NCBI GenBank assembly: GCA_025786725.1
Contig: JAHLTZ010000046.1
Location: 86,202-150,201, forward strand
Length of the DNA stretch: 64,000 nt
Source: Syncephalis fuscata S228
Lineage: Eukaryota; Fungi; Zoopagomycota
Reading direction: 5' to 3'
Shown: piece by piece, positions 28,359 to 41,255 of the stretch
Numbering within the stretch: the first letter of the stretch is position 1
Layout of the letters: each line of letters begins with the position of its first letter
Translations under genes and position numbers: made by a program
The notes under the pieces: generated by a model
Databases searched by the model: none
The model's input: the letters and a program-made list of their open reading frames with translations, nothing else
What the model was told of the DNA's origin: nothing

Positions 28359-29888
28359 TTACTGTCTACGTTGGTATGGTGTAAATCTTTGACGTGGTTG
28401 TTTATGTTGACCATTAGACCGCTAATTGTTATATAATCAATATAGTGTTGTACTAGAATGATGTATCTACTACTTACCATGGCTGTACGATGGGCTGTTG
28501 TTGTATCAATGTTGCTATTATTAGCTGTATTATTAGATGACCAGCTACAAAGCTTTCCATCTTCTCCTCCAGATACTAGATAATTGGACTATATTCACTT
28601 ATTAGTAGCTAATTAAGTAGCCTATTTGTTATTTGTACCTTGGGTTGCCAGTAACTGCCTCGAATAATCTCAGAATGACCACCGCTCATGAATGAAGTAC
28701 AGTGCTGTAATTCATTCAAATTAACATGGTGGATATGTAGTGCACCTCTATTATAGTGTTAATAATCGATTTATCCTGTATATAGTAAACTTACTCATTG
28801 GATCCAGATAGCATGAATAGTCGCTGACTACTGGCATCGTATTGGCAGTTAATAGCATAGTCAATTGTAGTTGTATCCGTGGATGCACGGCGAATATCAC
28901 CAAATAGACAGAGTGGATCCATCTATATCAATCATTAATATAATGTTATACACTATACTATGGCCGTATTACTTACTCCTTCACCTTTCCATAGCGAAAG
29001 TGTTTCCATATGACTTAGACAGTAGATATATTCAAAGGATGGACCAAAAAAGTCGGCACGATGAATGGATGATTCAGTGTTGGCAGAGGCAATAAGCACA
29101 TCATCCTCTTCTTGTTCTTGTAAATCGTAGATATTTAACATGCCATCCATCGATGCAGTCAATAAATACTGTGCGTTATCTGGATGGAAGTGCACCTATA
29201 GCAAGATTAGATATATGGATATGTATAGGGTTAATAAATAAATTGTTACTTACCTGAGTAACTGAATCACTATGCGCTTCACTAAATTGTTTAACTAGAC
29301 TATTGGAACGCATATCCCTTAAGGCGAGTTAGTTATGTACTAAAACCAGTATTATTGATATAATAGAATTACCAGAAAAGCACATAGGCATCATATTCTA
29401 CTAGATCTGTACCAGCAGCAATAATGGTATCTGCTTGATCAAGGGCTAACATAGGAGTACAAATATTGCCTATGTAATTGATCGTAACATTAAATTAAAT
29501 ATTAATTTCTAGACGTGTATTTACTTACTTTGATAGCTTTGGCTAGGCATTTTAGTGTTTTGACGAAAATCCCATAGTGCTACGAGACCATCTTCGCCGC
29601 AAGATAGCAATAAATGGTCAGTACCTTGTACACGCTGCATCCCTCGAATGGTATTTTGATGGCCCACAGTCGAGCCATCGGTGTAAGGTGGTTTTTGTCG
29701 TAAATACGTATATCATGGTCGGCTGAAGTAGTGACGGCCAGTGTCTGTTCTCCCATATCGTGTATATCATAAATATACGCCGGTTCACCAGTGGTAGCGG
29801 CTATCGTGCAGCTATGCTGTAGTGGATAAGGCGTATTCGCCAGTAATTCCGGTGCATGACCAACCTGGAATGTTGGACCTGTCGTCAT
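28359..29888 (-). CDS. WDR89: WD40-repeat protein, WDR89-like (one -1 frameshift at ~29668)
   Basis: EAHSDSVTQVHFHP..LLTASMDGMLNIYDL..E.DD, SSIHRADFFG, CLSHMETLSLW, GGHSEIIR; the first WD repeat (VGHQNTIRG...LLSCGEDGLVALWDFR) needs one extra base. Confidence 0.8.
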
Positions 29889-30507
29889 GATGGCAATAAA
29901 GAAAGAAAAAGCAAATATTATTTTTCAAATGGATCTGATTTGATTGATATTCGTTGAATTTGAATCAAATTTCAACGTCACTCCACTCTCTTGTTCTACA
30001 TTTCAACAATCTATTTGCATTATTTTTCATTATATATATATAGATTGTCGTGGTAAATTAAATTACTATTATTTATTGTTTATAGTAAAGTATTATTAAG
30101 TAAATAGCAGCATTTATAGCAACCATATTTTTAATATAAAACAACAGTAGTTTTTAAATAGTTAAATATAATGGAAATTGTGATTGTCAGGTCGTTACTA
30201 ATATGTCATATATTGCATATGCACAGTGCTCTATGTAGTTTAATACAAAGGATAAGTGGTTTATATAAACAATACACTATGTACTAATAAACAGAAAAAT
30301 CTATCAGACATATCCAAATATACGAAATCCATATAACGGATTGTTCCACAGCTTGCGTTTATGCAATATTTGTTGCTTTCTGTTTAAATCATGCTAGCTG
30401 ACACTTTACAAATGAATAGTCATATCCATTAGTAGTTAATGACTAAATAAATGATTCATAGAATATATTGTATAACTGTAATAATTAGACCATGGCATGA
30501 CATGGCT

Positions 30508-31719
30508 TTATTTAATCGACTGTTGGCGAGAAGGCCAGTTTAGAGTATTAATCAACTGCATTCTTTCCAATGAATACATAATGGCCTTGTCTGCTTTCTT
30601 CAAACAATCGGCTGGCTCTAGGTAGTGAAGTGTAAAATAAACCCAATGCGAACTGTATAAAACTTCTCTTTTTTCTTTATATTCGGCATCTTTAAGTTTG
30701 CAAAGTACTTCGATTTTTACATCAGTAGGAGCAAGCTGAAGAAATGTTTCTAAAGTAGCCTCATTTACAGAGAAACGCACTATATTCATTTCTTCATTGT
30801 TAAATTCTCTTTTTGTTGAAATGGCATTATTAAAGTTGAAAAACCGTGGTATATATCCACCATTGCTTGTCTTGATGATGCAAATATCTAGCAATACAAT
30901 TAATATGAACATCGATAATAAATACCATACTTACCATTAAAATCCATCTGAGCATACCATCCCGCTTTTTCTATAGCATTTAAACCTAATAATAGTCTAA
31001 TATACATATATTACGTAAACAACAAATGCCTGTACCTAATCCAATCTTCCGCCATAGACTCAACACTATTTTCATATCACTTTGAATTTAAATTAATTGG
31101 AATGTTAGAATGGTATATATTATATAAAAACAATGTTATTAGCTTTCCATACCTGGGAGGACTTTCAGTAAATTCTTTATATGTTTGCTCACATTGGCCT
31201 GGTAAAATATAACACGTATTTTGTCCAGGCATTATGAAACTTCTTCTAGACATAACAACCGAAAACCTGTCGTTTTTAAATAATCCGGGATTTGCCATTA
31301 TATCCTGTCGATGATGATACTTGTGAGTTTTTATATATTACTTTTATATAAAACTTGCTTTATACACATAAAAAGCGGGATTGCGTGGATTTGAATCCAG
31401 CCCACACGCAAGTGTAATGAGATTTCCATGCTGCTTTCCTTTGATATAGTGTACATCATTATTTTTGTACGGCGTTTCGGTAAACTGGATACTATGCATT
31501 GTAAATGGACTCTCTGGATCATTGTTTTTAAAGCCCATAAATTCTACATAAATAGTAGTTTTAGTAAATAACACGAATAAACCGGAGTGAATGCTTACCA
31601 ATGGACTCGGACTTCAACGCTCCTAATATGTTATTGGCAGGCGTGGCTTGAGTAACCGATGCTAGCATAAATGCAGTAGCGGCAATGGCGAGGATGGATT
31701 TCATCATAAACATGACCAT
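30508..31719 (-). CDS. Putative secreted kinase-fold (pseudokinase-like) protein
   Basis: Signal peptide MKSILAIAATAFMLASVTQA; six exons join in frame, one through a GC-AG intron (31305-31358); degenerate kinase subdomain VI-VII pattern GLNAIEKAGWYAQMDFNDICI...PRFFNFNNA. Confidence 0.55.
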
Positions 31720-32689
31720 GCTAAGATTTAGTCGTCAAATAAAAGTTTGTAGTTTTCATTGAACTAGTACGTAAAAAAAGATTAATAGTGGTATAAAATA
31801 AATCCGCTAGCAAATGTAGATATTTATAACGAATTACATCGTGCAATAGTCGACATCTTTACTATGAGGCTAGACAAGTACAGTATACACGTTTTTGAGT
31901 AAGAAATCACGGAAAGAGCACATGGAATAAGCCAAAAGTGGCTAATTTCCGTTATTTCAATACAGGATGTAAAAATGCAAATGTTTAAAGCAACATTTTT
32001 ATTTCTGTCTATATATATATTAAATTGTACAAAATAGACAACACGTGGTTTATTGTGGCGTTATCATCTTCGTATGACTATTATTTTTTGCAATCATAGA
32101 TGTCCAAAAATCAAATAAATTTAAGCATTGCTAAAGATTGGGCCACAACATTAATCTGTTTATATAAACTATAACATATAGTCAAATATTTGTATTACTA
32201 AAGACATGAATATAATAAAAAGGACTACTTTTAAATCTATAATTAAATAGCAATTTTATTATAAATAGACAAATAAATGGCATAACAGCAGTTCAATTGC
32301 TTAATCCGAATGGTTTATTTTAATGGTGCTGTAATTATATTAAACATTATTAATCACGCAATAGCATTATGCCAATTATCTTATCGAAAATTTTTTAAAA
32401 ATATTAGTGTTATGTAAGGAAACAGTAGTTGTTTTCGAGTATTTAAATTCAATGGCTACTAGAATGTTCAAGCCATTAAAGATCATTGTACATCGATTAA
32501 GCATTGCGCTTCGACACTTTGACACAGAAATGAATGGAATCACAAAGGAACAATGTAAAAGATGCAACTGTTTGTTTATCCAGAATGTATTAGATGGTAT
32601 CGCCATATTGAATTTAGTATTTGCTAGTTATGATGATTATGCGCTATTGGCAGCATATAAAACGTTGAAGGATAAAGATAATCAAATAC

Positions 32690-33420
32690 ATTGAAATACA
32701 CTAATTTATACAACAAATTGTATAGAAATTTGCTCTTATAAAGTACTGAGTGTGCTGTTTAAATCATGCTAAATGGCATTTACAATAGCCATGAAATAGT
32801 ATACTTGATAAGCAAATAATCAACATTAGCACATTACATAGCCGTAGCGATTGAAGCATAGCATGTCATTGCTTATTTAAACACATATTAACTATTTGTA
32901 AAACTCAATATTCTTCATCTAAAGACAATAACAAATTGTTGAGTAACTTTAGCAGGCCAGGGTTGTACTTTCTATGAAGTTAGTACGTGAGAAGAAAAAG
33001 TATGATGTGATGATTAGACAAATAAATCTACCGAAAATGCAGATATTTATAGCAAAACACATCATGCAATAGCCGATGTATTTAAGATTGGACAAACATA
33101 GAATACATGTTTCTGAGTGAAAAATGTGAAACGAGCACATAGAATAAACTATAAACAGCTAATTTCCGCATCTCAATACAGACTCTGAATTACATATATT
33201 TTAAAGTAGCATTCTCGTTTTATTTTTTGCATATTGAGCAATAAAGCGAGCAAAATAACGACCCATTATAGTAATAAAAATTTAGATGGCCCTTTTCTTT
33301 AAATGCTAATATTCAAAGAAAATTGTAGACTTGTTTTTAAATACTGTGAAAAAGAAGCATCTTTTGTTAGTATTAACTAGGACTAAAAATGTCTTAAGTT
33401 TAAACACAAATTCAGCAATA
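32690..33420 (-). pseudogene. Emptied paralogous locus of the secreted pseudokinase (flanks kept, CDS deleted)
   Basis: 32690-32880 resembles the 3' flank (30300-30510) and 32960-33200 resembles the 5' flank/TATA region (31745-31970), with only ~80 bp between them. Confidence 0.6.
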
Positions 33421-33659
33421 CATATTACAATTAACCAATGATTTAGTGGCTGTTTAGAACAAAACAAGCTATTACATGCTATTTATGCATTCCAATATAT
33501 ATAGTCGTATTATCGATACATTATTAATATTTAATTCACCAACTGATAGCTCGACTGTCTAGCTTGAATAATCAGTGTAAACGCTATGTTTAGTGAATTA
33601 TAAATAAATACCATTCTTGTGAAATACCCTCGTCCTATGTCCTGCCTTTTTCTATTCAC

Positions 33660-35131
33660 ATGTTGCCTCTTGAAGGAATTCGCGTTATTGAAATGGCCGG
33701 TCTGGCCCCTGCACCATTTGCAGGTAAGTAGTAGTAAGGTATTGGGTGTAATTGAACTAAAAACTACGCATGTTCAGGTATGCTACTGGCTGATTTTGGC
33801 GCTAATGTCATTCGAGTCGAAAGACCTGCCGCGCTTAACACCGACGTGCTAACGAGGTAAATGAAAGTGTGAACAGCTAAGCACTGATTTGTATTAACAT
33901 GGCTTAGAGGAAAACGTTCGCTAGCTGTTGATATTAAATCGGCCGAGGGTCTAGCAGTGATACGTCAACTGGCTAAGCAAGCCGATGTTTTACTTGAACC
34001 GTTTAGACCCGGTGTTATGGAACGTTTGGGTCTTGGACCAGATGTGTTACTGGCCGAGAACCCTCGACTGATATTTGCACGCCTGTCAGGCTTTGGACAA
34101 CAAGGTAACTTTTAATGAATAGTCGTTGATTAGTGTTTATTGATTACCTTTAGGGGAATACGCTCAACAGGCCGGACATGACATCAATTATTTGGCTATG
34201 GCGGGAATACTTTCCGTAAGTATTAATTGGCGCACATAACTGGTGCTAATTATCTGCTATAGGAATTGAGACGGCAAGATGAGGATCCGCGTTTCCCCAT
34301 TAATCTATTAGGTAGACATTTGCGGCCATCATGTCACTCGCTACTAATTTTATTGGAATAGCCGATTTTGGTGGTGGCGGCATATTTTGCGTGGTTGGCA
34401 TTTTAGTTGCATTACTACAGCGACACAATACTGGTCGTGGTCAAGTGGTAGATGTGTCTATTGTAAGTTATTATAAATCGATAATATTGATTTAATTTTA
34501 GTATAATAGACAGAAAGTGTTGGCTATTTAGGCAACTTTATTCGCCGTATGAAATCTATTGGTGGACCTGTAGAATCACTACGTGGTGATGCACCCTTTT
34601 ACAATGTATACAAAACAAAGGATGACAATTACATGAGTGTGTGGGTACAGTTGATGGAATTACCCATACTGTTATTAATCATTTAATTGATATAGAGGTG
34701 CACTTGAACCACAGTTCTACGCACTATTGCTAAAAGGACTGGAGCTTGATTCAAATCAATTGCCCGACCGACAAGATCCGTCCAACTGGCCTCAGTTACA
34801 CACAATATTCAGCGAGTTATTCGCCAAAAAAACGATGGATGAATGGTCGTGTATATTTAAACAGAGTGATGCCTGTGTATTTCCCGTTCTAGCCATGGAA
34901 CAAGCTCCAATGCCTCCTCGCCGTACACCACGACTTTCTTCCGCGCCCGAAACAACCATGACCCATGATGCTTCAGCCGATACACCCGGTGACATTTTAT
35001 TGACCCCAGGTCTGCACAGTGTCGAAGTATTGAAGGAATACGGTTGGAGTGAAGCCCAAATCAATAAGCTTATTCAGCAAAATATCGTGCAACAAGTAAC
35101 AGGAATTGAGAAACGCGATAGCCATTTGTGA
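33660..35131 (+). CDS. AMACR: Alpha-methylacyl-CoA racemase / CoA-transferase family III
   Basis: [82 protein letters not shown]; C-terminal SHL is PTS1-type. Confidence 0.9.
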
Positions 35132-35373
35132 TGATGACGATATTAATGGTAATCATACTAATGTGATCCATTGTTAAATGCCACATTTGCCATAATAAAT
35201 AAAGAGCGAAATTATACCCGAGTCATCTGATCATCCTTACTCATTATTTGTCTCAGCATAGCCACCACCACTTCTATTGTAACTTGGCTTCATCTCTTTA
35301 GCATTTTATTGGAATTGCCTCTCCTTTATTCCTCTTGTTTCCGACTGTCGTTCTTTGCAGTACCGTGCACATC

Positions 35374-36628
35374 ATGTCGTTCTTTGACCTCGAGGCCGGC
35401 CTATCTAAAGGTCCTTCTGCGCCTAATGGCGCCTCTCAAAGCCTTCTCAATTGTAAGTATCGAACGAATAGGTTGCCAAGGCCACCGTGTCACTCATTGA
35501 ATACTGACTACGTATACTGCGCGTATTAACCAACAACTAGCGCCCGATCCCGCCTACAGTGAACTCATCAGTCGAATCCAAACCCGTGTACTTACTAGCA
35601 ATAGCAACAATGCCCGTATTCAACGGCTTATCCAACGACTTGGAACACACACTGACTCGGAAAAGAATCACGACGAATTGTAAGTAACTCAACTGGAGTT
35701 TGACACTTGCTAATCTATAGCGTATAGGCACGCACTTCTTGAAGAGACACATAAGCTAGTTTGTGATACGATGGCCGATATTAAGCAGCTGGGATCATTT
35801 CCTGGTAAAACACCGCAAGAAATGGTAATTAAATGGTAATTAAATAGAGTAAACACAGACAATTAATACTATAATAGAAACAACGAAAGATGGAGCAGCA
35901 AAAACTATCTCGTGACTACCAAATGGTAATAGATAAATTTAAAGGTGCTCAACAATTTGCTGCGGAGCGTTTACAAACGTTAAAAGTGCGCGTAGAAGCA
36001 CAACAGAAACAGAATGCAAAGTAAGTCACAGATTCTCTGTTAATTGCAATAATTTATTCGTTAGTAGAAAATTATCACAAGATGGATTTGAATCAGATAC
36101 GGCAGAAGATCAACCATTACTATTGGAAGACAATGAAGAGCAACGGTGGGTCTAATATAAATTAACTGTGTGTTTAAACGATATTAAACGATGGCCATCA
36201 TAGTATTCGTCTACAAAAAGTTATGGAGAATGAAGTTACTTTCAATGAATCAATGATTCAACAGCGTGATGCAGAGATTATAGAGATAGAACAAGGTATT
36301 ACACAATTAAATGAAATATTCCGTGATTTGGGTACTATTGTTACAGAGCAGCAAACATTATTAGGTAAGTGATGATTGTATTGATAATAATAGATTTGAT
36401 TAGTTAACAAATATGATTAATTAACTAACGAACTAACTAACTAATAATGACTACATAGACAATATTGAACACAATGTTGATAGTGTTGCTGTATCGACAC
36501 AAAGGGGAGCTGAGGAATTGACAACGGCGAATCGATACCAGCGACGTGGGCGACAGCTTAAATGTTATCTACTACTTGTTCTATCCATTATTCTTGCTTT
36601 TGTTATTTTGTTGGTGTTTATGGTTTAG
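35374..36628 (+). CDS. Syntaxin, Pep12/Vam3/syntaxin-7 type
   Basis: MSFFDLEAG start, Habc region, SNARE motif IQQRDAEIIEIEQGITQLNEIFRDLGTIVTEQQTLLDNIE, C-terminal TM. Confidence 0.9.
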
Positions 36629-36801
36629 AGTCGATTATGTTAGTAGTAGTAGCAGTAGTAGTACAATTTATTTCGTAGCCATTATTGTAAACCTTATCAT
36701 AACCATACAATGAATGAAGCATCTTTATGGAGTGTTTGCTATTGTGCTATGAAAGTGTATCACTGAAATATATATATGTGTGTGCGTATGTATTTATATG
36801 G

Positions 36802-36951
36802 CTATTTGAGCTTTTTGAATTCCTTGTCAAGAGTCTCCTTAAATGCTTTAGTAAAGTCATTGGCTCGTTCCATAGATTCAGAATTTTTTATCTGTTTAGC
36901 AATCTCTGAACCTATATCATACAAAATATTAAACTTTGTTACTACTACTAT

Positions 36952-36982
<31 letters not shown>

Positions 36983-37170
36983 ATTACTCACCCTTCTCGC
37001 TTAATTCCTCTACTTTCTCGTGGGTTCGTGCAGCCATACGATGGAATGCCGGGCTTTCCAACAGCTATTGAACCAATATGGTCATGAACTCATTCTTCAT
37101 AATACTATAGTTATTCTACCTTTTCTGTGATGTGTTTCTCGGCCAACTGTCGAAGTATATGTTTTAACAT
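36802..37170 (-). CDS. Small 77-aa protein resembling Mrx7/NCBP2-AS2-type proteins
   Basis: Three exons with canonical introns give MLKHILRQLAEKHITEKLLESPAFHRMAARTHEKVEE...FKETLDKEFKKLK; absent from the ORF track; family resemblance rests on the LLESPAFHR motif only. Confidence 0.6.
36946..36982. repeat. (ACT)n/(GCT)n trinucleotide microsatellite in an intron
   Basis: Direct reading. Confidence 0.85.
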
Positions 37171-37890
37171 GTTGATTTCATAAAGATAAAAAAGTATAAA
37201 GAATAGTAAATACTGTTGTGTGAGAAAAGTGAATCAAATAAATAGATTGTTTTAAATCTGAAGTATTCATGTTACACTTTAATAGGATCACATCACGAAG
37301 ACTTGACCAGGCGTAAATTACGTATTTAACTCAATATTACATTGTTTGTTTTCTATTTATACTGAAAATGTTGTTTTGCATTGTACGTGATCGTAGTGCA
37401 TCCAGGCTACATTATAGTAGTAATAATAAAACTACTAAATTTAAATATAAATAAAATATAAATATATATCTATATTAATTATGGATCCTTCTTCTGAACT
37501 CCACTCACCATGTGGTCATGTTCAAGGATAAATATTTTGGTCATAATCAATATAACAAGAACAATGGTACTCTTAGGTTATTCTATTTACGCATGGTCTT
37601 GAGCTTTCTACAGAATATTTAGTTTTTTACTGCACTTCTAGGCTAAAGTTCATCGATCGTCATAGACCTTTAGCTGAAATATATTGTATTTTCAACGCTG
37701 AAGGTTGATATAACAGGAAGATTGGCATGGCAGTGCCACAAATACCTGTTATTCCATCTTTTTATAGTAAGTAACAAGTACAAAGAGCATGCGACTTTTT
37801 CCTCTACAGTTTGGCCCATCATTTATTACATATGGACTATGTGCTAACAGCTGTACTAAAATATTAGTTTTCTTTATTTTGTTAATTACC

Positions 37891-38891
37891 ATGCCTTTAA
37901 TCAACTATAATAGCGTCAAAGATACTGCGTGGATCAAGAATGCCACTCGCCTGTGGGGTATCCCGCTTCATCCGCGAGGTGAATTAAGTATCGATGAGTA
38001 TTATTTGGAAGTTGTTGGCGATATGAAGCAAGAGCGTATCCGTATGTTAAGCACATTTACACATAATATCATGGTATTGTTTGCTTCTTGTATATTTGTA
38101 CGCAATTTTATTTTATCTACCGGCGTCGTTATAAGACAGCGCCGCAGTTTTCCTGCATGGCTCTGTTGGATTGCCTCGTTGGGTGGCCTAGTGTTTGCCA
38201 CTGAAAGTGTTATGTTAATACTTGACGCTGGCGTTAACTGCCGGATGCTGATTTGGTCAACTTGGTACGGCATGCCTTGGGCACAGTTTTTCAACAGTGC
38301 AATACTACTACAGAAAGCCTACCTAGTACTATGTCGACAAAAGTGGATATTGTATATCGGTATTCCAATGCTATTTCCACAACTACTTCATGGGCCAATT
38401 GTTATGTATTATTCGTACATAACAACAGATCCTGCAGGATTTTGTGGCATGCATTTCCCTCCATTTGTACCAATGTGTTGGTTTGGCGTTATTGTAACAA
38501 TTAACACATTTTTCTCCATAATCTTTTACCGAGTTGCATATAAGCAATACCGTATATTTGGAGCGGATGCCTGGAGAAGATTAGCAAATGATGGAATTCA
38601 GTATATGTGCTTGGTTGCGTTATGTAACATTTTATGTTGCACTTTCATTGTGTCTGAAGTAGCAGGCAATTATACCGATATATTTTTCCCAATAGATTGG
38701 TAAGTAAACATAAATGTGAACTACACAAAGCTAACTGAAACGTATTCAGGTCTATCTCTGCAGCATTGATAGTGAATCATTGTCAAAGCATCCGAAATGC
38801 AAAGGGATTTTCGAATCGCCCAAAGACAAGTCATATGTTGCGTATTTCGCATATTGATACCGCGGGTCTCACAGCACAACAAATACTCTGA
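37891..38891 (+). CDS. Orphan 7TM (GPCR-like) membrane protein
   Basis: About seven hydrophobic helices, Cys at the top of TM3 (VNC) and in ECL2 (GFC), ILLQKAY motif; intron 38700-38749 inside the W codon; start could be 37789 or 37891. Confidence 0.7.
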
Positions 38892-39090
38892 TTACTATTT
38901 AGATTATAGAATACATACTAACTGAACACCGAAATTAATTGCATAATATATAACCTTTAGATACTTTATACTTAAATAAATAAAAATCGTAGTACAATCG
39001 GATTGTACTGCTAAAATCATCATTATGTTAAGATGTGCTCTAATAATGTACAAATTATTTAACTTTTTACTTTTTTGTTTTACGATTGGC

Positions 39091-40641
39091 ATGCTGAAAA
39101 TACATTCATTACTATGTCGCGTGCAGCGCAATGGCGTTTCTCAAAATATCCAAAGCAGAGCCAATTTATTTGAATTTAACAGAACGCTATATCCATGCAA
39201 TGGAGTGACACGGCGTTGGACTAGTAAAGTATGTTTATAAACATATTATTTATGATTTTTTAGTACTAACTTCAAGCACTTATAGCACAGCGGATTGTCG
39301 GATATCTGGGCTCTAGATATTGAAGGTGGCCGTGGTGGTGATGGATGTGTAAGTTTTGAACGTTCGGGCGGTAGTGCTACACGAGGAGGATCGCTGCGTA
39401 ATTTTGGTCGTCCATCCGGTGGCGACGGAGGTCGAGGCGGCGATGTGTGGATTGAAGCTAGCAGTGATGTTAGCGATCTTGGTAGTGTTGCTACGCCATT
39501 GTTACGTGGTTCACGCGGCCAATCAGGTCGAGGAGATATGGTGCGTGGCAAAGATGCAGAGGACACTGTGGTTCGCGTGCCTATAGGCACTGTTGTGCGT
39601 CGGTTTCCACCGACTGTACACGAACCAGACGACATAGAAAAGGAACTTACCAACACCAGGCCGCATACCAGTTATCACGATAAAAAAGCGTTAACAGAGG
39701 AGGAAGAGGAGGTATCCAGCGAAGATTTACGACCATATTATGTCTACTACCCCGGATGGGAGGATCGTGGTGAGATATTTGAGTGGGAAAGACGGGCCGC
39801 ACGTACGCAACAAGGTCGACGATTGCTTGAACATATTGGTCGACGATCACCAAGAAAAATAGCCACTAAATCAACAGATGAAGATGAAGCACTTTCTACA
39901 GTGGTAGACGTCTATGATATGCTGACACCTGGTCAGCGCATATTGGCGGCTACAGGTGGTCAAGGAGGTCATGGCAATCGATGGTTTGCCATGCGAGATC
40001 GACCACCAGCAAAGTTTGCATCACGTGGACTTGTTGGTGAACAGTGTCGATTAGAATTAGAGTTGAAACAGTTGGCGCAGGTAGGATTGGTAGGTGCGCC
40101 CAACGTTGGTAAATCAACACTTTTACGTGCAATCACGCGTGCAAAACCAGAAGTGGCAGACTATGCGTTTACTACACTTCGACCGGGTATCGGTGTACTT
40201 GAATTTGAAGACGGTCTACAGATAAGAATTGCGGATATTCCAGGACTAATCGAAGGCGCTGCACAGGATCGGGGATTGGGTCTAACATTTCTGCGCCATG
40301 TAGAGCGCACTCGCCTACTGCTGTTTATTGTTGATCTGACATCGGATGAACCGTGGTGCGGCCTTGAAACGCTGATACATGAACTGACGGCATATAAATC
40401 AGATTTGCTGCAGCGACCCGCATTGCTTATTGGGAATAAAGCAGACGCACCTGGTGCCAAACAGAATTGGGATCGATGGTGGCGACCACTAGCAATGTCA
40501 AAATCGATTATAGATGATTTGCCAAAGGAGCTGGCGCCAATACAACTTAATGGCGTGATGGCAATATCAGCACTTGAGCAGAAAAACGTCGAACGATTAG
40601 CACGTCAAATACGCCAGCTAGTAACCATGGACCAATCGTAA
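39091..40641 (+). CDS. MTG2: Mitochondrial Obg-family GTPase (Mtg2/GTPBP5-like)
   Basis: Basic presequence-like exon 39091-39229, intron 39230-39285; Gly-rich Obg fold (GGRGGDG, PSGGDGGRGGDV, GGQGGHGN), G1 GAPNVGKS, YAFTTLRP, DIPGLIEGA, NKAD, ISA. Confidence 0.85.
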
Positions 40642-41082
40642 ACATAGCATAATACTAATATTAATAATAATTTTCATTTATGTTTAATCATTCCATTGTA
40701 AAGTTTGTGTAAAATAATAATGGTTTTTACGTAATTATATAGCCATTACCTCAGTGTTATGTTATTGGCGTTTATTATATTGCATATGTAGTTGTAAGCT
40801 ATGAATTTGAAAGTTTGTTTTTTATTATGACTTATGCGTTTGTTGGTAGGTGATAGGCTTGATTATATGGTATACCTTTTATAAATCGATATATGATGCA
40901 ACTATTGCAATGTTTAAGTATGAATTGTGCGCTAAAGTTAACGTTTATTGCTAATAATAATATGAATACCGGTCGTAGTTTCGGTAATTGTTGTGATTGG
41001 ACTAGCCATTATCGGGATGTTTGTTGCCAGTTGTATCAAGATACAGCGACAGTGGTATAAAGAGCAGAGATGATTATTATTC

Positions 41083-41255
41083 CTATTTGCCTGGAGTACG
41101 TGGTATATTGTAAAACACACAGTTAGTAAAAAACAGTCATACAAAAATAAAGTGCACAGCTTACCACCACGACCAGGAACTGGCTTAGCATTTGCCGTAG
41201 CCATAACTACTAAAAGAACTGCGGCAGCAGCACAGACAGTGACGAAAAGCTTCAT
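41083..41255 (-). CDS. 32-aa secreted prepeptide MKLFVTVCAAAAVLLVVMATANA-KPVPGRGGK
   Basis: Exon 1 is 41165-41255 (91 nt); phase-1 intron 41091-41164 with GTAAGC donor, perfect TACTAAC branch and first downstream AG (CAG); exon 2 is GC AAA TAG; TATA-like ATTTAAATA about 80 nt upstream. Confidence 0.7.
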
